64,000 nt of DNA from Bryobacteraceae bacterium (GTDB lineage Bacteria; Acidobacteriota; Terriglobia; Bryobacterales; Bryobacteraceae). Location of the stretch: assembly GCA_036768595.1 (NCBI GenBank), contig DAIPMT010000002.1, forward strand, positions 1,345 through 65,344, read 5' to 3'. Shown in pieces: positions 48,954 to 58,149 of the stretch. A program made the position numbers and the translations under genes. Each line of letters starts with the position of its first letter. The first letter of the stretch is position 1. The notes under the pieces were generated by a model that was not told the origin of the DNA, searched no databases, and saw nothing but the letters and a program-made list of their open reading frames with translations.

Positions 48954-49492
48954 TCAGTTCTCCCCGCCGCCACCGGAGCCAATTCATCACGCAGAAGATC
49001 GAGCGCCGTATACAGCCGCGACTTCACCGTGGACACCGGGCAATCCAGAATCTCCGCCATCTCGTCGAACTTAAAGCCTTGATAAATCTTCAACACCACC
49101 GCCTCCCGCTGCTCCGGTCCCAGCCGCTCCAACGCCGCCGTGACGGCCAGCGTCAATTCCATCGGAAACCCGCCCGCCCCTGCTGTCTCGGTGCGCGCCG
49201 GCTCCCCCTCGTGGCTCCGGTTCTTGCGAAAAAGCGAATACGCCTCGTTATGCGCAATCCGAAACAGCCACGGCCCAAAACGGGCCGGGTCCTGCAGCTT
49301 CCGCACGTTCTGAAAGCCCTTCAGGAACACTTCCTGACTCAAATCCAGAGCGTCTTCGCGGCTGCCGACGATGCGCAACAGATAGTTGAAAACACGCGAT
49401 TCCCAGCGCGAGATGAGCAGGTTGTAAGCCTCCACATCGCCTTGCCGGGTTTTGGCCACCAGGTCGGCATCTTCAACGGCCCGAAAGATCAC
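48950..49492 (-). CDS. ECF-type RNA polymerase sigma-70 family factor
   Basis: 180 aa. Region 2 (AYNLLISRWESRVFNYLLRIVGSREDALDLSQEVFLKGF), region 4 HTH (FKFDEMAEILDCPVSTVKSRLYTAL). GTG start with an AGGAG SD. Confidence 0.85.
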   Translation of the reverse strand: MIFRAVEDADLVAKTRQGDVEAYNLLISRWESRVFNYLLRIVGSREDALDLSQEVFLKGFQNVRKLQDPARFGPWLFRIAHNEAYSLFRKNRSHEGEPARTETAGAGGFPMELTLAVTAALERLGPEQREAVVLKIYQGFKFDEMAEILDCPVSTVKSRLYTALDLLRDELAPVAAGRTE

Positions 49493-49551
49493 TTCGCTCC
49501 TATTTTGAAAGACGCGGCAATTGGCCGGAAAGTCTGAATGTCAAACAAGAA

Positions 49552-50517
49552 CTATTTTTCCTCGGCCGCCGGTACCTTCTCCCGCTTGTCAGGATTCGCT
49601 CGCGGCCCCTTTTCGCGCCCCTGCAGCGCCGTATTGATCGCAAACCCGGCCTTGGCGCCCTCCGCCGCCGCGACAATCACCAGCTGCACATCCCGCGCCG
49701 CGTCGCCCGCCACATAAACGCCAGGCACGCAAGTCTCCTGCAGCCGGCTGGTCTGCACCGCGCCCTTCTTTGAAAAATCGCACCCCAGTTCGCGGGCCAG
49801 ATCGCACGACTGGTCCTGCGGCGTCGAAAAGAACAGCGCCTCTCGATCCAGCGGCTCCCCCGTCACGAAGCGTATCTGCCGCAGCCGACCCTCGACGCCA
49901 TCCACCCCGGCAATTCTCGCGCGCCGGATCACCACGCCGGCGTGTTCCAGTTGCTGGCGCTCCCTGGCCGAAAATCGTGCCGGGCCATCGGTCAGCAGCA
50001 CCACATCGTCGGTCCACGTCTTCAGAGAAATGGCCAATCCGAAGCCGCGGCCGCCTTTGGAGTACACGGCCACCGCGCGATCGCGGTTTTCCCAGCCGTC
50101 GCAGTACGGACAATGGTGCACGCTGATTCCGTACAGCTCTTCGATACCAGGAAAATCCGGCAGCCGATCCCTAACGCCCGTAGCCAGCAGAATCTTGCGG
50201 CCCGTAATCGTGACGCCCGAATCAAGTTCCACAACGAACCTATCGGAATCCCGCCGAATGGCCTTTACGGTGTTGTCGCAAATCTTGACGTCGTAAGGTT
50301 CCAGGTCACGTCGCGCGAGCCGTAAAAACTCAGCCGGAGCCACCCCATCGCGCGTCAGATACCCGTGCATATGCTTGGACCACCGGTTACGCTGTTGCCC
50401 GGCATCGCACACCATGACGCGCCGCCGGCACCGCCCCAAAATCAGCGCGCAACTCAACCCAGCCGGCCCGCCCCCCACAATCACGGCATCGAAATGTATA
50501 CCCTCAGCCATCAACAA
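49552..50517 (-). CDS. Thioredoxin-reductase-like FAD/NAD(P) oxidoreductase with CPYC redox motif
   Basis: DAVIVGGGPAGLSCA FAD motif, HHCPYCDGWE redox-active disulfide position, AVYSKGGRG second dinucleotide fold, GVYVAGDA. Confidence 0.8.
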   Translation of the reverse strand: MLMAEGIHFDAVIVGGGPAGLSCALILGRCRRRVMVCDAGQQRNRWSKHMHGYLTRDGVAPAEFLRLARRDLEPYDVKICDNTVKAIRRDSDRFVVELDSGVTITGRKILLATGVRDRLPDFPGIEELYGISVHHCPYCDGWENRDRAVAVYSKGGRGFGLAISLKTWTDDVVLLTDGPARFSARERQQLEHAGVVIRRARIAGVDGVEGRLRQIRFVTGEPLDREALFFSTPQDQSCDLARELGCDFSKKGAVQTSRLQETCVPGVYVAGDAARDVQLVIVAAAEGAKAGFAINTALQGREKGPRANPDKREKVPAAEEK

Positions 50518-50569
50518 ATCCCTGTAGTGTAGCCTTCAGGCTGCCGGTGGCTTCAGCCGCCGTGTCCCA

Positions 50570-52852
50570 CTAAAGCGCCGCTCGCACAGCAGCCTCGATA
50601 GCCTCCGGCGTAGTAAACCCATCAAAGCGCTTTACCTGTTTCCCGGCGCGATCGAACAGCAGCGTCACCGGCAGCTGCTCCACCTGGAACCGGCTCTTAG
50701 TAGCCTCACTGGCCACGGCCACCGGATAAGCAATCGGATTCAGCTTCAGAAACGGCGGAATCACCGAGGCATCGTCATCCAGTGACACGCCCACCACGGC
50801 AACTCCAAGCTGCCCATACTTCGCATACAGCGCATTAAAACTCGGAATTTCCTGGCGGCAAGGCACGCACCAGGTAGCCCAGAAATTCACCACCAGGACC
50901 TTACCCGCCACAGCCGCCGCATCGAAAGTTTGTCCCGGCAAGGCAGTCAAACCAGCACCCTCCAGAGGGCTCCCCTCAGCCGAAGTCCCCTCAGCCGATG
51001 CCGGCCCCGCCGTCCTCAAGAACGCCGCAAACTCGCCCTCATTCCGCGTCAGCCCCGGAAAAGTAGCAACCACCGGATCCCCCGCCGTGCGCGCCGGATC
51101 GTAAATCGCATAGAACGGAATCGCGATGGTATTGAACTTACTCTCCTCCAGCTTCTGATTGGCCTGCGAAGCCGCGTCCGTACTATCCGTATAAAGGTCC
51201 ACCAGCACGAAATCCTGGAGCGCCGCCATGATCTCGGGCTTCGGGAACATGTTGCTCTTCATCCAATGGCAATTGGTGCAGGCATAACCCGTGAAGTTCA
51301 CCAGCACCTTCTTATGCGCGGCGCGCGCCTTAGCCAGCGCACCTTCCAGATCGTTGGTCAGCCAAACCAGCCCACTCGCATCCCCCGAAGCCTTATCCGG
51401 AGGCGGCACAATGGCATCCAACTCGCCCAGCCGCGCGCCGCTCATCCCCGGGATCAGCGTGATCGCGAAGATCACAAACGCCATGCCAGTGAACAATCTC
51501 CCCAGCCCCAGCTTCTCGTCGCGCTCGATGCCCTCGAGCCGCAGAAAGCCCAGCACATACAGCCCGGCCATCAGGAACAGCACGATCCACGCGGCCAGAA
51601 AGCGCTCGCGCGTGAGCAGGTTCCAGCGCAACACCAGGTCCACCGCCGAAAGATACTTCAACATCGCCGCGATGATGACGAAGCCCATCACCACCTTGAC
51701 CCGCGCCAGCCACCCGCCACTACGCGGCAGCTTCTTCAGATAACTCGGAAACAGCGCCAGCAGAAAAAAGGGCAGTGCCAGTCCGCTCGCGAAAAACACC
51801 ATGCCCAGCAACGGCCGCGCCGCCCCGCCCTGCACTGACGCAGCCAACAGCGAGCCCATGAACGGACCCACGCAAGCAAACGAAGTCAGCGCGAACGTCA
51901 GGCCCATCACCAAGGTTCCGGCCGTCCCCCCGCCTTCAGAAGCCCGGTTCATGCGCGTCAGTACGCCCGACGGCAGCGTGATCTCAAACGCCCCCAGCAA
52001 ACTCAGCCCGAACGCCAGAAACACCGCGGCAATCACGCCGTTGACCCAAGGGTTCGACCCCAACTGCTTCACGCCCGACGCACCCAACAGAGCCGACGTA
52101 ATCAGCCCAAGTGCTGAAAACAGCACAATGATGCCTAAACAGAAGATGGCCGCCTGCGCCACCGACGCCCGCCGCGACCGTTCCCTCTGGTTCAGAAAGA
52201 ACGACATGGTGATCGGGATCATCGGGAACACGCACGGCGTAAAGATCGAAGCCAGTCCGAATCCAAAAGCCGCCAATAAAAACGCTGCCAGCCCGCCTTC
52301 CGCGGCCGGCTTGGCGGCGCCCGGCGCAGCCGCGCGGCTTACATGGGTCACATCGGTGTACCCGCTCGGAATCGCAAATGCCACGGCGGCCGCTCCAGCC
52401 TGCACCGTCAACTCCGCCGAGGCGGTTCGCGTAACCGGCGGAATGCAAGAAGTGCTGCTGCAAACCTGGTATCTCGGTTTCACCTCAACCGGCACGCTTC
52501 CCGGCGCGGCCTCCCGCTTCACCGCCAGTTCAAACAGAAACTCGGCGCTGCCCTCATAAGTTTCGGTATCAGCCTGAAAATTGGGATCGTACTTGCGCTC
52601 TGGCTTGGGTTGATAAACGTGAACCGCGTCGATCGCCGCATTCGGCGTCACCGTCAGCGTCGTGGCAATCGGCCCAGGCGGGGTAGTAAACGAATAAAGA
52701 TGCCAGCCGCTATCGATGCTCGCGGTCAGCCGGCCCACGGCTTTGGCCCCAGGCGCCACGGGGCCGTCGAACCGCAGCTGCCAATGCACATGCTCCGGCG
52801 TGGCGCCAAAGGCCGCCGCCACTCCGAAAGCCAGCACTAGCAGCGGCCGCAT
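50570..52852 (-). CDS. dsbD: DsbD-type thiol:disulfide interchange protein with an additional C-terminal TlpA-like thioredoxin domain
   Basis: ATG 52852 preferred. Alpha domain with QVCSSTSCIPP, CcdA/DsbD-beta TM core (FTPCVFPMIP, FACVGPF), gamma Trx domain (YACTNCHWM), extra Trx domain (FWATWCVPCRQE). Confidence 0.85.
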   Translation of the reverse strand: MRPLLVLAFGVAAAFGATPEHVHWQLRFDGPVAPGAKAVGRLTASIDSGWHLYSFTTPPGPIATTLTVTPNAAIDAVHVYQPKPERKYDPNFQADTETYEGSAEFLFELAVKREAAPGSVPVEVKPRYQVCSSTSCIPPVTRTASAELTVQAGAAAVAFAIPSGYTDVTHVSRAAAPGAAKPAAEGGLAAFLLAAFGFGLASIFTPCVFPMIPITMSFFLNQRERSRRASVAQAAIFCLGIIVLFSALGLITSALLGASGVKQLGSNPWVNGVIAAVFLAFGLSLLGAFEITLPSGVLTRMNRASEGGGTAGTLVMGLTFALTSFACVGPFMGSLLAASVQGGAARPLLGMVFFASGLALPFFLLALFPSYLKKLPRSGGWLARVKVVMGFVIIAAMLKYLSAVDLVLRWNLLTRERFLAAWIVLFLMAGLYVLGFLRLEGIERDEKLGLGRLFTGMAFVIFAITLIPGMSGARLGELDAIVPPPDKASGDASGLVWLTNDLEGALAKARAAHKKVLVNFTGYACTNCHWMKSNMFPKPEIMAALQDFVLVDLYTDSTDAASQANQKLEESKFNTIAIPFYAIYDPARTAGDPVVATFPGLTRNEGEFAAFLRTAGPASAEGTSAEGSPLEGAGLTALPGQTFDAAAVAGKVLVVNFWATWCVPCRQEIPSFNALYAKYGQLGVAVVGVSLDDDASVIPPFLKLNPIAYPVAVASEATKSRFQVEQLPVTLLFDRAGKQVKRFDGFTTPEAIEAAVRAAL

Positions 52853-52857
52853 AGCCC

Positions 52858-53865
52858 CTACTGCGGCACGCACTGCAGGCGCTTCTCGATCTCCTGGTTC
52901 AAATTGCTGGTCGAGAATTCCTTGGCCACGCGGATCGCGTTGTGAATCGCATTAGCGTCCGACCGGCCATGGCAGATGATGCACACGCCGTTCAGCCCCA
53001 GCAGCGGCGCGCCGCCGTATTCGGCATAGTCGATGCGCTTGCGCAGGTCGGTATACGCGCCCCGCGACAGCACGTAACCCACCTTGCGCGAAATGGAAGT
53101 CTTCAGCGACTCGCGCAGCAGGCCCTTAATCATGTCCGCCAGCCCTTCGCTCACCTTCAGCGCCACGTTGCCGATGAACCCGTCGCACACGATCACGTCC
53201 GCCACGCCCGAATAAATGTCGCGGCCTTCCACGTTGCCGATGAAGTTGATCGGCAGCGCCTTCAACAAGGGCGTCACGGAGCGCGTCAGTTCGTTGCCCT
53301 TGTGCTCCTCTTCGCCAATCGACAGCAGGCCCACCCGCGGCCGCTCGCGCCGCAGGACCAACCTGCTATAGACCTCGCCCATCACGGCAAACTGCGCCAG
53401 CATCTCCGCCGAGCAGTCCACATTAGCGCCGACGTCCACCACCACCACCGGCTGCCCCGGAATCTTGGTGGGGAAGACGCCCGACAGCGCCGGACGGTCG
53501 ACGCCCGAGACCTTGCCCTGCACCATCTTGGCGATGGCCATGCATGCCCCGGTGTTGCCGGCCGACACAAAGCCCTGCGCTTCGCCGCTCTGCACCAGCC
53601 GCGACGCCACGTGCATCGAGCTATTGCGCTTCGACCGCGCCGCCTTCGCCGCGCTGTCCTCCATCGTGATGTGTTCGGCCGCCGGTACGATCTCGATCGG
53701 CAAGTCGCGCCAGCCCTCATGCTTATCGAGAGCGGGTTCGATCACTTCCTCGCGTCCTACCAGTAGAACCTTTACATCGAGTGCTCTAACAGCCCGAAGC
53801 GCACCTTCCACCTCAGGTTTTGGGTGATCGTCTCCACCCATCGCGTCCAGAGCAATGGTGACCAT
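52858..53865 (-). CDS. plsX: Phosphate acyltransferase PlsX
   Basis: 335 aa. [25 protein letters not shown]. rpmF-plsX linkage. Confidence 0.95.
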   Translation of the reverse strand: MVTIALDAMGGDDHPKPEVEGALRAVRALDVKVLLVGREEVIEPALDKHEGWRDLPIEIVPAAEHITMEDSAAKAARSKRNSSMHVASRLVQSGEAQGFVSAGNTGACMAIAKMVQGKVSGVDRPALSGVFPTKIPGQPVVVVDVGANVDCSAEMLAQFAVMGEVYSRLVLRRERPRVGLLSIGEEEHKGNELTRSVTPLLKALPINFIGNVEGRDIYSGVADVIVCDGFIGNVALKVSEGLADMIKGLLRESLKTSISRKVGYVLSRGAYTDLRKRIDYAEYGGAPLLGLNGVCIICHGRSDANAIHNAIRVAKEFSTSNLNQEIEKRLQCVPQ

Positions 53866-53879
53866 TCTAGGGCTGTGCG

Positions 53880-54062
53880 CTACTGAGCTGCGACTTCGAT
53901 AACTTCACGGCCCTTATAGAAGCCGCACAGCGGGCACGCCCGATGGGGCAACTTTTGTTCGTGGCACTTCGGGCACTCGGAAACCCCGGCCGTCTTCAGC
54001 GCATCGTGCGCGCGGCGCTTGCCAGTGCGGGCCGCCGAATGTCTCCGTTTGGGATTTGGCAT
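53880..54062 (-). CDS. rpmF: 50S ribosomal protein L32
   Basis: [22 protein letters not shown]... CPKCHE...[12 protein letters not shown]. Confidence 0.92.
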   Translation of the reverse strand: MPNPKRRHSAARTGKRRAHDALKTAGVSECPKCHEQKLPHRACPLCGFYKGREVIEVAAQ

Positions 54063-54096
54063 CAGTTCACCTCAGTCAATTTTGATCCAGCTAACA

Positions 54097-54624
54097 CTAA
54101 TTCGCGGCAATATCGCGAAGCGCCGCCCAGCGATCGTCGCCCGCCTTGGCGCTGCAATCGCAAGTGACGGCATTCCGGTCCGACCCGCAGACCGGACAGA
54201 TTCCTTTGCAATCCTGGCGGCACAACTTCTGCATTGGAAGCTGCAAAAGTACCTGTTCCACCAGCACATCCTTCAACTCAATACCATCGCCGACGTAAAA
54301 CCCGGTCTCCGCATCGGCTTCGTCAATGGCGATCTCTTCGCCACCCGCGGCCTCGCTGGCCGGTTCGTAAAATAAATCAAAATCCGCTTCCACCGGGAAC
54401 GCCGCGGCGCCCAGGCAGCGGTCACATTCCGCCCCCGCCTCCAGCGCCACGTGGCCCTTCAATCGAAACTGATCTTCCGTGCCGGGCAAAAGCTCGGCTA
54501 CACCCGTCGCGTGCGCCCGGCTCAGCGCCCGCACCCCGGACTCCCCGAAATCCAATTCGTCCGCCGCATACGACTCGTCAAACTGAAGCTTGCGAGTCTC
54601 CAGATCCTGAATTTTGATAAACAT
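54097..54624 (-). CDS. yceD: YceD/DUF177 family protein
   Basis: 175 aa. C-terminal CRQDCKGICPVCGSDRN...CDC motif. Immediately upstream of rpmF. Confidence 0.8.
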   Translation of the reverse strand: MFIKIQDLETRKLQFDESYAADELDFGESGVRALSRAHATGVAELLPGTEDQFRLKGHVALEAGAECDRCLGAAAFPVEADFDLFYEPASEAAGGEEIAIDEADAETGFYVGDGIELKDVLVEQVLLQLPMQKLCRQDCKGICPVCGSDRNAVTCDCSAKAGDDRWAALRDIAAN

Positions 54625-54683
54625 GGGACCCTAAGGCGTGACTTTCCCGAAACTACTGAGTATAGCAGCCGCCCCTTTGGCTA

Positions 54684-55829
54684 TCAATACGCAGCACGCG
54701 CGGCCATCGCCTGCTCCATCAAATCGGGAATCTCGAAAACAGCGCGATTATTGACCGCGTTCGCATTCCCCCGGAAGCGTTCATATTCACCGCCCGCCAG
54801 CATCCTCTCGATAGCTTCGACCAGATTCTTGAACGTCGGCACCACAATGCCGACGCCCTCGCTCTCCACCCACTCGGCGTTGTAACGCTCCTGCGGCAGC
54901 GTCCACGCATTGCGCTCCACAATCACCGGCAGGCCCATGCGCACCGCCTCGCTGATGCTGCCCGGCCCCGGTTTGCCAATAAAGAAATCCGCCAGGTACA
55001 TCAGCTTGGGCATCTCGCGCGTGAAGCCTTCCACGTGCACCGGCATGCGCCACTGCCGCGCCCGCAGCTTGTCGGCCAGCTTTTGGTTGTGCCCGCAGAT
55101 CAGAATCAATTGCACCGGCAGCTCCGAAGCATCCACGCGCCGGGCCACCAGGTTTAGCGCGCGCGACCCGTGGCCGCCGAAGAGCACCAGCCCTGTCGGC
55201 AGGTCGTCCCGCAGCCCCAGCGCCTGCCGTGCCGCTCGCCGATCAATATCAATCGGCTCGTAAAAATCCGGGTTCACAATCATCCCGCTGGTCTTCAGAA
55301 CGCGCTGCTCGGGAAAGCCCATCTCGCGCGCCTGTTCCACCGCCCGGTCCGTCCCGCAGACGATATATTGCGGCTGCCGCCGCTCCATCCAGAAGTGCGG
55401 CGGATAATCCGCCAGGTCCGTCATGACGGTCATCATCGGCGTGCCTGGGTGGCGCCGCTGCAAACTTTGGTGCAGCGCCCGGTTGAAGTTGGGGATCAGC
55501 GACACCACCAGATCCGGCTTCTTCCCCGTCCAGTATTCCGTTAGCAACCGAAGCTGGGGCTGGTGATACATCCTAATAATCCCGTGCATCGCGCGCATCA
55601 ACTGCGGCGACCCCAGTGTCCAACCTTTCTTCAAAGTAATGTTGTAGATATCTTGCAGTCGTAACCCGCTTATTTTCCTGAAGATATCCAAAGAATCGAA
55701 CAACTCCTGCAGATTCAGCATGCACACTTCCCAAGGCCGCTGCTGCTTCTCCAGCACCCGCTTCAACGCCATAGCGGCACTTCGATGCCCGCCCCCGGCA
55801 TCAAAGAACACCATGTGAACCTGCTTCAT
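54684..55829 (-). CDS. GT28-type glycosyltransferase, MGDG-synthase/UgtP-like glycolipid synthase
   Basis: ATG 55829 (MKQVHMVFFDAGGGHRSAAMAL). C-terminal GT-B half (FIGKPGPGSISEAVRMGLPVIV). Confidence 0.75.
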   Translation of the reverse strand: MKQVHMVFFDAGGGHRSAAMALKRVLEKQQRPWEVCMLNLQELFDSLDIFRKISGLRLQDIYNITLKKGWTLGSPQLMRAMHGIIRMYHQPQLRLLTEYWTGKKPDLVVSLIPNFNRALHQSLQRRHPGTPMMTVMTDLADYPPHFWMERRQPQYIVCGTDRAVEQAREMGFPEQRVLKTSGMIVNPDFYEPIDIDRRAARQALGLRDDLPTGLVLFGGHGSRALNLVARRVDASELPVQLILICGHNQKLADKLRARQWRMPVHVEGFTREMPKLMYLADFFIGKPGPGSISEAVRMGLPVIVERNAWTLPQERYNAEWVESEGVGIVVPTFKNLVEAIERMLAGGEYERFRGNANAVNNRAVFEIPDLMEQAMAARAAY

Positions 55830-56127
55830 TGTCAGAACGATTCTGTCACGTTTGCGCGACGAACTCGTTGTGGGCTGGCACCAGGGTTGGCCACCCACGA
55901 AAAACGTTGTAGTGCGGCTTTTAAGCTGCGGGCGGCTTTAGCCGGCCTGCCGCTTCCAGAAGTCTTTGGCCCTGGTTTTATCGACCCTGCGTCTGCCGAT
56001 GGCAAAGTGGTGCCGCAGTCTGGAGAGAGCCACGTAGTGGCCCCCGCCATGCTACCTTTAAAGAGAAGCTACTCAGTGTCCACGGGCTGATTGGCGATCC
56101 TCCGATCGGCAACTCCGGAGCCTGTCC

Positions 56128-56661
56128 ATGAGTTCCATGTTCTCAGCCATCACCAGTCGCGACCACAAGCTCATGCGCCGCATCAACCGCTGGGCTGCGC
56201 CCCAGTGGATACGGCTTTGGATGATCTGGGCCACGCGCCTCGGCGACGGCTGGCTGTGGTCCATGATGGCCCTCGTCATCCTTCTTTTCGGCGGCGCCGA
56301 CCGTTTCGCCGCCATCGCCGCCGCCGGCATGGCTTCGGCCTCCGGAACGCTGCTCTTCATGGCGATTAAGCGGATCTGCGGCCGCGAGCGCCCCTGCGCC
56401 ACCGAGCCCCACTGCTGGGCCCGCCTCCTGCCGCCCGACCAGTTCTCATTCCCCTCCGGCCACAGCATCAACGCTTTCGCCATCACGACGCCGTTGATTC
56501 TTTTCTATCCCGCGCTCACTCTCGGCCTCCTGTTCTGCGCCGCCAGCGTCGCGCTTTCCCGCATCTTGTTAGGACTGCACTTCTTGAGCGACGTCATCGC
56601 CGGCTGCGTCATCGGCATGCTCATCGGCTACGGCGCCTACCTCTTAGTACTGACGTCTTAA
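56128..56661 (+). CDS. PAP2-family phosphatase (membrane)
   Basis: KRICGRERP, SFPSGHS, SRILLGLHFLSDV tripartite PAP2 motif. Confidence 0.8.
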   Translation: MSSMFSAITSRDHKLMRRINRWAAPQWIRLWMIWATRLGDGWLWSMMALVILLFGGADRFAAIAAAGMASASGTLLFMAIKRICGRERPCATEPHCWARLLPPDQFSFPSGHSINAFAITTPLILFYPALTLGLLFCAASVALSRILLGLHFLSDVIAGCVIGMLIGYGAYLLVLTS

Positions 56662-56781
56662 ACAAACCGTGCGCCATTTGTTCTAATGCGCTATACTTCA
56701 AACAGTTAAGTTAGTTCGCGATCCCTTCTGCTTCACTTCGGTACTCTTCGGCTCGCCGCTTTCTTCAAAAAAAACAATTGA

Positions 56782-57990
56782 ATGAGTAAATTCACGGAAC
56801 TACCCTTGTCTGCCGTTCTGCAGGCCAACTTGTCCCGCCATGGCTTTAAAGAAGCCACGCCGGTACAATCCCAAGCTATTCCCCCCGCGCTTCTCGGCCG
56901 CGATGTTGTCGCGACCGCCCAGACCGGCACCGGCAAAACTCTTGCCTTCGTCCTGCCGCTCCTCGAATCGCTCCTTGCCCAGCCCCGCACGCCAGGCGTT
57001 CGCGCCGTGGTGCTGAGTCCCACCCGCGAGCTCGCCATCCAGATCCAGGAGGTTTTTGCGAAAGCCGCCTCCAACACCGCCATCCGCGCCGCCGTAGTCG
57101 TCGGCGGCCTCAGTGAAAAGACCCAGCTGCACGCCATACGCGCCGGCGCACAGGTCCTGATTGCCACGCCCGGCCGCCTCTGCGATTTTCTCGACCGCAA
57201 GCTGGTCTCGCTCGCCGAAGTCGGCTGTCTGGTCCTCGATGAGGGCGACCGCATGCTCGACATGGGCTTCCTCCCGGCCATCCAGGCCATCGTCCGCACC
57301 ATGCCCGCCAAGCGCCAAACCCTGTTCTTCTCCGCCACCATCGAACCCTCGGTAGCCGGCCTGATCAACAAATACATGAAGGACCCGGTGCGCATCGCCA
57401 CCACCCTTACGACGAAGACGGCCGACAACGTCGATCTCAACGTCTATGAGGTGGAAACCGATCGCAAGCTGGGCCTATTGACCCATCTGCTCTCGCATCA
57501 CGAAGGTTCGTTCCTGATCTTTGCCCGCACCAAGCACGGCGTCGACAAGCTCGCCAAGAAACTGGACGGCATCAAGTCCGCCAAAATCCACGGCGACCGC
57601 ACCCAGAACCAGCGCAACCAGGCCCTCCGGGGCTTCCAAAAGGGCGATTATCGCGTCCTGGTCGCTACCGACGTCGCGGCCCGCGGCATCCACGTCGACG
57701 GCATCGCCCACGTCGTCAATTTCGATGTCCCGAAGGTAGCCGAAGACTTCATCCACCGCGTCGGCCGTACCGGTCGCGCGGGCTCGCGCGGCGCTTCGCA
57801 CACTTTTGTCACCTCCTCCGAGCGCAAGGAGATGCGCAACATCGAGCGCACCTTGAAGATCTCGCTCACGCGCGTGCCCGTGCCATCCTCCATTCCGGTC
57901 GAGATCCGCGCCAAAGCCACCTCGTCGCCGCAGGAATTCCGCTCCCGCCAGCCGCAGGGCAACCGCCGCCGCATGCAGTGGGCCAGCTAA
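56782..57990 (+). CDS. DEAD-box ATP-dependent RNA helicase (RhlE-like), motif II variant DEGD
   Basis: Q motif GFKEATPVQ, AQTGTGKT, PTRELA, VLDEGDRMLDMGF, SAT, HRVGRTGRAG. Basic C-terminal tail. Confidence 0.9.
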   Translation: MSKFTELPLSAVLQANLSRHGFKEATPVQSQAIPPALLGRDVVATAQTGTGKTLAFVLPLLESLLAQPRTPGVRAVVLSPTRELAIQIQEVFAKAASNTAIRAAVVVGGLSEKTQLHAIRAGAQVLIATPGRLCDFLDRKLVSLAEVGCLVLDEGDRMLDMGFLPAIQAIVRTMPAKRQTLFFSATIEPSVAGLINKYMKDPVRIATTLTTKTADNVDLNVYEVETDRKLGLLTHLLSHHEGSFLIFARTKHGVDKLAKKLDGIKSAKIHGDRTQNQRNQALRGFQKGDYRVLVATDVAARGIHVDGIAHVVNFDVPKVAEDFIHRVGRTGRAGSRGASHTFVTSSERKEMRNIERTLKISLTRVPVPSSIPVEIRAKATSSPQEFRSRQPQGNRRRMQWAS

Positions 57991-58149
57991 AGCGGCGCAC
58001 GCAAGCGCTTGTATCGTGCAGTCGCCGGGTTTGGTGGTGTACGCTTCAGCGTGCGTCGGGCCTTTAGCCCGACTCTACATCGCGCACCATGATGATCCGC
58101 GCCGCCGGCTGAAGGCCAGCACTCGGACGGAGGCATTAGACTAGCTTCG

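Noticed and set aside
49493-49560. Search for an ECF-type (GGAAC-N16-CGTC) promoter upstream of the ECF sigma gene.
   Set aside because: On the minus strand there is a TTGACA and, further downstream, a CGTCTT. The spacing and the -35 sequence fit neither a clean sigma-70 nor an ECF consensus. I cannot support a promoter call by eye.
55876-55890. Sigma-54-like TGGCAC-N5-TTGG in the 300-bp GT28/PAP2 intergenic region.
   Set aside because: The -24 half is perfect, but the -12 half reads TTGG instead of TTGC. It lies ~240 nt from the PAP2 start. I have no supporting evidence, so it is not called as a feature. The rest of this intergenic region shows only short hairpins (for example gccac-gta-gtggc) and nothing resembling a known RNA family.
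58055-58073. Perfect 7-bp hairpin gtcgggc-cttta-gcccgac downstream of the DEAD-box helicase gene.
   Set aside because: It could be a weak terminator, but there is no U-tract and the stem is short. Evidence is insufficient to annotate it.
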